A DNA stretch of 64,000 nucleotides from Candidatus Magasanikiibacteriota bacterium (GTDB taxonomy: Bacteria > Patescibacteriota > Patescibacteriia > Magasanikbacterales > UBA922): contig JBAYJP010000006.1 in assembly GCA_041665025.1 (NCBI GenBank), positions 5,440-69,439 of the forward strand, written 5' to 3'. Under the pieces are notes generated by a model that searched no databases, was not told where the DNA came from, and was given only the letters and a program-made list of their open reading frames with translations. The position numbers and the translations under genes were made by a program. Numbering within the stretch: the first letter of the stretch is position 1; every line of letters begins with the position of its first letter. Shown here piece after piece: positions 56,788 to 64,000 of this stretch.

Positions 56788-57822
56788 ATGAAAACGCTAA
56801 TGCTGAGTAGCAATAACATCAAATCTATCATTAAACAGGTAGGCATTGATGAATTCATGGATGCCTCAATAAATAACATAGAAAATTATTTTTTATACCT
56901 AGGAAAAAAATACGAAAGAAGACAACGAATCGGCTTTTTCTTTAGGAATGGAAGAACTGTCGAAAGTATGCCTTGCAGAAAAATTGGATCTAAAATTCTT
57001 TTCAAGACAGTAAACTTTCATGAGACAAATTGCTTAAGAGGACTTCCGACTGTTATGTCCTCTACAATACTATGCGATGAAAAAACAGGATTTCAAGAAG
57101 TTATCACTGACTCAACTCTTCTTACGTATATTAGAACGGGAGCTGCCACTGCAATTGCCACTAAATATTTAGCACGTAAAGAAAGTTCGAAAGTTGGGGT
57201 AATAGGTGCAGGCAGCGTAGGCCAAGCATGTCTACATGCTATATCGAGGATCTACAATCTCACAAAAATCTATATATGGGACACAGATAACAACGCACTG
57301 GAAACATTTCGAAAAAGAATGGAAAAAATTATAAAAAAACCAATTGAAATTGAACACCCTAAAAAATTTGTTCCCGATATCGATATCTTGACAACAACTA
57401 CTTATGGTAATAAAAAAATTGTAAAAAACTTATGGGTCCCAAAAGGAATTCATATAAATGCAATAGGTGGTGATGCCCCAGGAAAACAGGAATTGGATGG
57501 GAATATCTTAAAAAGAGCCAAAATTGTTGTTGATTACAAAGAACAAGCTATTACGGAAGGAGAAATTAATGTGCCAATTACTAAAGGTATTATCTCTATT
57601 GAGGATGTTCACGCTGAACTCTCGGATGTTGTAAAAAAGAAAAAAAATAGTAGAAAAAATTCCTCGGAAATCACTTTATTTGATTCAACCGGCGATCCTC
57701 TTGAGGATCTTGCAATTATAGAACTTCTTCTAAAATATAATAAAAGATTTAATCTAGGAAAGAAAACAAATTTTATATACAGCCCATCACACACCAAGGA
57801 TCCCTACAAAGACCTCCGTTGA
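56788..57822 (+). CDS. Ornithine cyclodeaminase / mu-crystallin family protein
   Basis: LLTYIRTGAATAIATKYLARKESSKVGVIGAGSVGQ, the OCD-family Rossmann signature. Confidence 0.6.
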   Translation: MKTLMLSSNNIKSIIKQVGIDEFMDASINNIENYFLYLGKKYERRQRIGFFFRNGRTVESMPCRKIGSKILFKTVNFHETNCLRGLPTVMSSTILCDEKTGFQEVITDSTLLTYIRTGAATAIATKYLARKESSKVGVIGAGSVGQACLHAISRIYNLTKIYIWDTDNNALETFRKRMEKIIKKPIEIEHPKKFVPDIDILTTTTYGNKKIVKNLWVPKGIHINAIGGDAPGKQELDGNILKRAKIVVDYKEQAITEGEINVPITKGIISIEDVHAELSDVVKKKKNSRKNSSEITLFDSTGDPLEDLAIIELLLKYNKRFNLGKKTNFIYSPSHTKDPYKDLR

Positions 57823-57881
57823 CACAATAAAACTCTCCGTTATCCCGGAGAGTTTTATAATCTGTAATATCTGTCGGCAAA

Positions 57882-59891
57882 TTATTTCAACAATATCTCC
57901 TCCCCTTCTCCCGTTATCTGTTGATTTAAAACAGTATCAAGCGCTTGAACTTTTACTTTTGAAGTAAGATTGGTCTGGGTTGGATTGTCAGTAACTATTT
58001 CAACGTCAAACTGCATAGCCAATACATCACTACTAAGGGGTATCTCGGGTATGGTCCAAACAAGTTTTTTTGTCTTTTCATCAAATTGAGCCGTGCCCCC
58101 CGTCACTTGTTCATCATCCAACAATACCTTTACGTCTCCGTAAATATCTGCAGTAAGTTTAACATCTTTTAGCGGATGAAATGAATTGGATAAAAGCCAG
58201 ATAACGGTATGTACGGCATTTCCTTCTGCGTTTGTTGTGATTTCGTTACGGACTTCAACTCCCATATCAGAAGCGACAGTCAAAAGGACTTCATTACTGC
58301 GCACGATAAATGAATCACTACCATGTTGTAGTTCGACGACCTGCGTAATGCGAGATGCACTATAATTTGAAAGCGTCGTTTCAGTGCCATTTTTAATAGG
58401 CAAACTTACATCAATCAAAACTTCTTGCCCTGGATCAAGGCGTCCTAGCTCTGGAATATATCTCTTATCCCAGGTAATAACACCTCTACGAACATCTTCT
58501 GAAATTTGTTCGCCATTTATATCCGCATCATAGAGCGAATCGAGTCTCGGCCAGGCGAGCATACTTTTGTTTGAGTATGACGGAGCGTCGATAAAAAGAC
58601 GAACCTGAGCATTTTCAATAGGTGTATTGCCAGAATTTTTAACTACAATACTTGTGTTTAATGACTGGCCGGGCATAACAGACAAACCACTCATCCCTCC
58701 GTTAACTGCAAGGGTTAATACGGTATCAGTCTTTTGTATGGCAAATTCTTTTTCAACTTCTGAAAGTACTACCCCATCGCCTGTTCGATCTGCCGAATTC
58801 CAGCCAAGCAACTTCACCTTAAGCGTTGAAGAAGAATCCTGTTCACCGCTAAATGAGCCCGTTAATGTAAAGACACGCTCTTGGTCAAGCTTATCAAATG
58901 TCCACAAACAGCCTTTTCCTGCATCAGGAGATGGAGAAGAATGTTCTGCCTTTAGAGAAAACTCTCCAGATTCGCATGACAGCGCCAAATTTTCAATTGT
59001 CTTACCATCTATAGGAGCTACTTTTACAGAAAAAGATACCTCAGAACCAAATGAAATTTGTGCGGGCGATTCAATTGAAATTGAAGCCACCGGATCAGCC
59101 AACGACAACGCTATGTGAGAAACTTTTTGAAATTCTGAACTAAAGTTTGCGGGAGTATAGTTCAAAAATACACGTATAGATTGATCTGTGTTCAAATCTC
59201 CATATGCTTTCCCCGTAATATCTATAAAGCCACTGGCCTGAGGTTCAATGCTCCCCAAACGCCAGACATCATGAGTGTCATTGCTTGCAGGCAAGGTGCT
59301 TGTACTAAACAAAAAACCTTTTGGATATTTCACTTCAAGCACCACATTTGAAAGGGCAACATTTTGTGCATTGCGATACCGCACACGATAGACCACCTCC
59401 TGTCCTACTTTTATTTTTTCTTCACCTGAAATTGAGAGGATTACATCTTCCTGAGAAAAATGACTACGCGGTTGAACCACAAAAAAACCTACCCATGCAA
59501 TTACTGCTAACAATGCACACGACAATAACAAAACTAAAAGAGCACTCATCACCCGGTGTCGTTTGCGGCCGTCAAATTTTTTCATGTCAGGCATTGAACC
59601 ATCACCATTTTCATAAATCTCTGTCAATTGTTTTTCTATATGATCCTCATTTTGAAGAGGACTAAATTCATTTTCTGGTTGTTCTTTTCTTGGAGAAACT
59701 AGTAATTTTTTCTTTTTAATAATTCTCTTTGGCTTCTTTACTTTTTCAACTTTATCAACTTTATCAACTACAGAATCAAAAGGTACTTGGGTACTATCTA
59801 CCTTATCCTCTAGATTTTTGGTGACAAATTCATGATCTTCCAAAATAGAAGTGGGTTCCTTTTCGTCAATATTTTTTTTCTTTTTAGGCAT
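57882..59891 (-). CDS. Membrane-anchored surface protein (669 aa): basic cytoplasmic N-terminus, one TM helix, then repeated beta-rich (DUF11/CARDB-like) extracellular domains
   Basis: TM helix VMSALLVLLLSCALLAVIAWVGFFVV. No catalytic motif recognised. Confidence 0.5.
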   Translation of the reverse strand: MPKKKKNIDEKEPTSILEDHEFVTKNLEDKVDSTQVPFDSVVDKVDKVEKVKKPKRIIKKKKLLVSPRKEQPENEFSPLQNEDHIEKQLTEIYENGDGSMPDMKKFDGRKRHRVMSALLVLLLSCALLAVIAWVGFFVVQPRSHFSQEDVILSISGEEKIKVGQEVVYRVRYRNAQNVALSNVVLEVKYPKGFLFSTSTLPASNDTHDVWRLGSIEPQASGFIDITGKAYGDLNTDQSIRVFLNYTPANFSSEFQKVSHIALSLADPVASISIESPAQISFGSEVSFSVKVAPIDGKTIENLALSCESGEFSLKAEHSSPSPDAGKGCLWTFDKLDQERVFTLTGSFSGEQDSSSTLKVKLLGWNSADRTGDGVVLSEVEKEFAIQKTDTVLTLAVNGGMSGLSVMPGQSLNTSIVVKNSGNTPIENAQVRLFIDAPSYSNKSMLAWPRLDSLYDADINGEQISEDVRRGVITWDKRYIPELGRLDPGQEVLIDVSLPIKNGTETTLSNYSASRITQVVELQHGSDSFIVRSNEVLLTVASDMGVEVRNEITTNAEGNAVHTVIWLLSNSFHPLKDVKLTADIYGDVKVLLDDEQVTGGTAQFDEKTKKLVWTIPEIPLSSDVLAMQFDVEIVTDNPTQTNLTSKVKVQALDTVLNQQITGEGEEILLK

Positions 59892-59987
59892 AATATGTTC
59901 GAGAAAGTAACGAATAAGTTATAATGTTCCAAATTATAAAACCTCAAAACCGTTAAAACTTTATAACTTCTAACTTTATAACTTCGT

Positions 59988-62591
59988 TTAATATTTCTTC
60001 ATCACCACACCCGCAATAATATCCTCAGTAAATGGTTTTTCAAATGATTCTCCATTCACAGACACATTGACACCATCCCCTGTCTTCCATACAGGCCTCC
60101 AATTTGGGGGATAAATAACTGTGTGTTTTATTGTACTATCTGATCCAGATTGTTTCTGAAAAATAACATTATAGGTAGATAGTTGTTCATCTCCGCTAGC
60201 TCTTTCAAGCAATGAAGCAACCGATACAAATGATTGCTCAGAAATCGTTTTGGCAGAAACAGTAAAGGGAAGCTTGTACGTAAAATACACACGAGCATCT
60301 TCTTCCGGCTTGGTAACAATCCAATTGCCAAATGCGGTTTTGCCAAATTCTGTTGTGATACGCGTGCCTGTCTTTACATGTATCGACTCTTCTTTTTCAT
60401 ATGCACTCAAATCAATATCTTCCTTATATTCTCGAGGTGGCACACTAAATGATGCTTCGTCTGGATAGGTAAATCCTCCGGCATCAAGCAATTCAGACCC
60501 TTCCGGCACATACATGCGGATATAACTACTGTTGAATTCATCATACAAAAGAGCAGGGTTGTCTCCTTCGTGTGAACGTGTAATCCAAACCGTATCAATA
60601 ATAGAACCATCCTCTTGCACAACAGCTTGATGTTCAATAATTTGTTTCAACTGTGCATTGCTCTTTCCTCCCCCAATGTTTGCATCCACAAGCATGAAAT
60701 AGTCCTGATTTTGCTTGGTGTCAATAATATCACCTGTCCAACCATAATTTCCGACAAGCGACTGAATGCGTTCGTCTGAAAAATATAATTGTATTTCTTT
60801 TTCATCCAAAGCACCGCTGAGCTCGCCGAGCAACAAGACAACCTGCTTCGCGTCTATACGTGAGACTCCATTCAAAAGCTGGTCCAGTAAAACTGACAGA
60901 ATTGCTTTGGGCTTATTTTCTTCCTTATTATCATAATTTTGGATTTGATATTCTAATTGTGATAATGCGTTATCCGCGTCAAATACCACATTACTTTGTG
61001 CATCATACGTAGGTCCAAGCACGCGCAATAGACGCTCGAGTACGCTTGCATTTATCGCGATAACGCCATCGACCGTGCTATTTCTGCTATGCTGATAAAA
61101 CCACGCCATTTTTTGTGCAGAAGCAGGGAAATCAGGAAACCAGTTGCTATCTTGAAATTCCCATCGCTTATTGAGAAGCTGGAGAGGAAGCGGAGGCTTC
61201 ACAAATGTATCCAGTTGTCCTTGTACATCATACGTACCGCCTCCTGGAATCTCCATATTTAATACTTTTCCATTTTGGACATCTACAACCGCAAAACTTC
61301 CTGCAAAACCACCAGTTGGGCGCAATTCATATTGATTTTGAAATATAACTAGATATCGTTTAAACCCTTCACCGCCCATCATGAGCTGAATAGATTCAAT
61401 AATATCATCCATTTCATGCATATCAGAAACAAAGGCGCCAAACAATGTCTTGAAATCCTCAAATGATTCTTGGTGTTCAGCAGGTACTGCGGTCGACTGC
61501 ACTGTCTGTAAATAAGCCACGGCTTGTTCATACTGCGGAATAGCACTGCGCAAATGTTGCTTGATAATGCCAAGCCTACTAATAAGCGTACCCTCGCCAT
61601 CTTGTGTTGCTTCGCTGAGACCCTTTACTAAATACGTATTTCCAAGTGCCAAACTATGTCCCGCAAGAAGCAAAGACTGGCGGCTCTTGATTTGCGTCCC
61701 AACTATCGGCAACATCTCTCCGACATACACGAGCGCCTTATACTCTTTATCAAGCAATTCTTCCGCGCTATGAAAAGACTGGAGCGCGGAAGTAAGATCA
61801 AACTGTGCTTGACCAATGTTGTTATGAAATACAGCAACGGTGGAAGATTGCAAAGATAAAAATGCATTCGTACTATTTTCTATAATTTTGTTTGTATCGC
61901 TCTGGACCTTGCGATACAATCCAAGTGCGGGATATGGAATTGCAGCAATGAGGACAAACACAAGTGTACTTAAAGCAAATTTCTTGATATGAATATGATC
62001 TAAACACGAAATACATGCATCTTGTACATGCCGTAATACGCCAATGATAGCACCATACATGCTTCGAAATGGATTGAACTTGGGTACTTTAAATCCGTTT
62101 GACTTTTTCTTTTTCAAAAGAGCAGGATCAGAATAACGAAATATTGCTTCAGGAGAATTCTCGACAGGTGCAAAAGTCTGTTCATTTTGGTATTCAGCAA
62201 TTTCTTTCAAAATATCCACGCCGACAGTCTTGTCTGCATAAGTATCTTCAACCTGTGCAGTATTGACGACACCTTTGTTTGCCGTCCTCACCAAATGTGC
62301 AAAATCTATTTTTTTTCGTTCCATATTTCGTGGACGCGCGTCCTCGTATACGGGAATTTCATAAGATGGTTTCGTCTGTTTTTCACCACCAGGCAATTCC
62401 ATACGGTGTGGGGACAAAGACCACGAAGGCAAAACTCGAACAACCACGCTTTGAGGTGGTTTTTTATTTTCTTGTTTCGGTGACCCTTGTGCATGGGCAG
62501 GGCCACTTGAAATGCATGTTCGTGCGTTATGACCAAAACGTCCGCACGTGGAACATGCACGGGGTTCTACCCTCCTCTTTTGGTTCTTCAT
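59988..62591 (-). CDS. DUF4012 domain membrane protein with an N-terminal CCHC zinc knuckle
   Basis: CSTCGRFGHNARTC (CX2CX4HX4C), a TM helix, then the DUF4012 core RYLVIFQNQYELRPTGGFAGSFAVVDVQNGK. The start is placed at MKNQKRR (62591), which has an AGGT RBS. The 45 upstream codons of the listed ORF look like translated spacer. Confidence 0.6.
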   Translation of the reverse strand: MKNQKRRVEPRACSTCGRFGHNARTCISSGPAHAQGSPKQENKKPPQSVVVRVLPSWSLSPHRMELPGGEKQTKPSYEIPVYEDARPRNMERKKIDFAHLVRTANKGVVNTAQVEDTYADKTVGVDILKEIAEYQNEQTFAPVENSPEAIFRYSDPALLKKKKSNGFKVPKFNPFRSMYGAIIGVLRHVQDACISCLDHIHIKKFALSTLVFVLIAAIPYPALGLYRKVQSDTNKIIENSTNAFLSLQSSTVAVFHNNIGQAQFDLTSALQSFHSAEELLDKEYKALVYVGEMLPIVGTQIKSRQSLLLAGHSLALGNTYLVKGLSEATQDGEGTLISRLGIIKQHLRSAIPQYEQAVAYLQTVQSTAVPAEHQESFEDFKTLFGAFVSDMHEMDDIIESIQLMMGGEGFKRYLVIFQNQYELRPTGGFAGSFAVVDVQNGKVLNMEIPGGGTYDVQGQLDTFVKPPLPLQLLNKRWEFQDSNWFPDFPASAQKMAWFYQHSRNSTVDGVIAINASVLERLLRVLGPTYDAQSNVVFDADNALSQLEYQIQNYDNKEENKPKAILSVLLDQLLNGVSRIDAKQVVLLLGELSGALDEKEIQLYFSDERIQSLVGNYGWTGDIIDTKQNQDYFMLVDANIGGGKSNAQLKQIIEHQAVVQEDGSIIDTVWITRSHEGDNPALLYDEFNSSYIRMYVPEGSELLDAGGFTYPDEASFSVPPREYKEDIDLSAYEKEESIHVKTGTRITTEFGKTAFGNWIVTKPEEDARVYFTYKLPFTVSAKTISEQSFVSVASLLERASGDEQLSTYNVIFQKQSGSDSTIKHTVIYPPNWRPVWKTGDGVNVSVNGESFEKPFTEDIIAGVVMKKY

Positions 62592-62722
62592 TTTACCTAG
62601 ACTATGTATGAAGTAATATGATACAAGTATACCATATATACACAAACAAAAAAATGCCTCTCGGCGATTGTTTGTGTGTACAACTCTCGACCCAAAAACA
62701 AAAAAACCACCTATCATGGTGG

Positions 62723-63874
62723 TCAATGTTTGTCTGATGTTTTTTCATATATTTCCAACGTCTCTCTCGCCAATTTATTCCATGAAAATTGCTTGAGATG
62801 CTGTCGGGCATTTTCATGAAGTTCCATTTGAATATCTTTGTTAGATAATACCCCATACATTACGTCAGCAATTTGCTCTACGTTTTCTGGATCAAAATAC
62901 ATAGCCGCCTCCCCCAAAATCTCGGGCAAACAACTCGCGTTGGACGAGACAACAGGCGTACCACAACTCATTGCTTCAAGCGGAGGCAAACCAAATCCTT
63001 CATACAAGCTAGGAAACACATACAAGTGGGCATTTTCATATAAACCGATCAACGTTTCGTCATCGACAAATCCTGTGAAAACCACTGACTGATGATGGTT
63101 GATTGTTGATTTCAATCTTTTGTAGAAATAGTCTTCCTTGCCTACCAAGACGAGCTGATAATTTTTTCCATATTTTTCCTCAAACATTTTCCACGCTTCA
63201 ACCAACTTCTCTAAGTTCTTGTGCGGATACGCGGCTCCAACATATAAAATATATGGCTTATTAATATTATATGTTTTTAACATTTTTTCTTCTTTTTTGC
63301 TTTCTTGCTCCCTTTCCCGTGTCTCTTGTTCTCTATCTCTCAGTTCAAATGGAGCCTGATATGTCACCACGATTTTTTCTTTTGAGACACCTAGAGTTTT
63401 GACTATATCGTGCAACGTAAACTGGCTCGTTGTGATAATGCAATGGGATTTTTTCACTGCACGCCGAACAACAAAACGATGAATTTTGTCTTTCATCCAA
63501 AAAATAACCGGCCCAAGTGTGGTGGCTTCTGCACGCGGGTAGTGAAACATAATAAGATCATGGATAGTCACTACAAACGGTCCGCGATATAAAATAGGTA
63601 CATTGAAATGAGGAAAATGCATGAGATCCAGATTTTGCTTTCGTATGACAGAAGGCAAAATCAACTGCTCTTGAAACGAATACCAGGGTATATCTACTTT
63701 TACTTTTTGAAAATTACCTGCCTTTGGATTGTACGTATCCCAATTTTCAGAACGTAAAAAAATAAAGTATTGATTGACAGTATCAATCTGTTCTAAATAT
63801 GCTATAAGTTGTTCAATGTAGCGCCCTATCCCAAATGAGGGCCCCAGCATGCGTGCGTCTATCCCTATCTTCAT
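62723..63874 (-). CDS. Family 4 (GT-B) glycosyltransferase
   Basis: C-terminal EX7E-type region FVFPSLYEGFGLPPLEAMSCGTPVVSS. Confidence 0.8.
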   Translation of the reverse strand: MKIGIDARMLGPSFGIGRYIEQLIAYLEQIDTVNQYFIFLRSENWDTYNPKAGNFQKVKVDIPWYSFQEQLILPSVIRKQNLDLMHFPHFNVPILYRGPFVVTIHDLIMFHYPRAEATTLGPVIFWMKDKIHRFVVRRAVKKSHCIITTSQFTLHDIVKTLGVSKEKIVVTYQAPFELRDREQETREREQESKKEEKMLKTYNINKPYILYVGAAYPHKNLEKLVEAWKMFEEKYGKNYQLVLVGKEDYFYKRLKSTINHHQSVVFTGFVDDETLIGLYENAHLYVFPSLYEGFGLPPLEAMSCGTPVVSSNASCLPEILGEAAMYFDPENVEQIADVMYGVLSNKDIQMELHENARQHLKQFSWNKLARETLEIYEKTSDKH

Positions 63875-64000
63875 ACCAAATTTCTTATAAGAAGTTACCT
63901 AATACACCTCTGTCGATGGTATTGTAACAAACTGAAGGACTAGAAACAAGCTCTGTGCAACATATATAGTCCATCGCGTTTTTATTATATTGATACCCTT

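Noticed and set aside
56474-56879. ORFs 56474..56776+ and 56616..56879- across the tRNA cluster
   Set aside because: They translate tRNA-Arg and tRNA-Ala and the repeat spacer, so they are spurious.
1-64000. A CRISPR array
   Set aside because: The many repeats are palindromic or symmetric with irregular spacing and no unique spacers of constant length, and no cas genes are present.
1-64000. tmRNA, RNase P RNA or rRNA genes
   Set aside because: Searched by eye for a tmRNA 3' end (tRNA-like TTCGA T-loop plus CCA outside the tRNAs) and for the RNase P P4 consensus; neither was found. No rRNA-like conserved stretches are present.

Overview
This window is an AT-rich, gene-dense bacterial chromosomal segment (GC content judged by eye only). 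Recognisable housekeeping genes are radA, recG, der, pth, dprA, a folC-like Mur ligase, topA, a short rel/spoT, parA/parB, scpA/scpB, aspS, rsmA(ksgA), tsaC-like, rpmF, nusB and rnc. There are six tRNAs: Val, Arg(GCG), Leu, Lys, Arg(TCG) and Ala. A cell-envelope gene set is present: an LCP protein, a DUF4012 protein, GT2/GT4/GT-C glycosyltransferases, a D,D-carboxypeptidase and an M23 peptidase. Four very large secreted proteins are present: a 5'-truncated one at the window start and ones of 1005, 1315 and 3073 aa. From gene content (a short Rel without an ACT domain, giant Cys/Asp-rich surface proteins, LCP plus DUF4012, a small genome style) I infer a Patescibacteria/CPR-like organism; this is not proven. 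The most unusual content is as follows. (1) A REP-associated tyrosine transposase (RAYT, HuH/Y1 family) at 39428-40144 carries a perfect 30-bp GTAG...CTAC palindrome inside its own reading frame. (2) At least eight families of short palindromic or symmetric repeats occur throughout the window. One is a GC-rich REP-like hairpin family that sits in-frame inside recG (twice) and the folC-like gene. In-frame tandem heptamer arrays also lie inside recG and rsmA. (3) Two discrete high-GC islands (about 3340-3740 and 40560-41300) each carry a small self-contained gene with RBS, operator-like inverted repeats or a terminator. The second lies immediately beside the RAYT and the giant-protein operon. 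(4) A two-gene operon encodes a membrane-anchored protein with calcium-binding Asp-loop repeats plus the 3073-aa Cys-rich giant protein, preceded by a symmetric array of ten heptamer repeats. No rRNA, CRISPR array, cas gene or integrase was seen.
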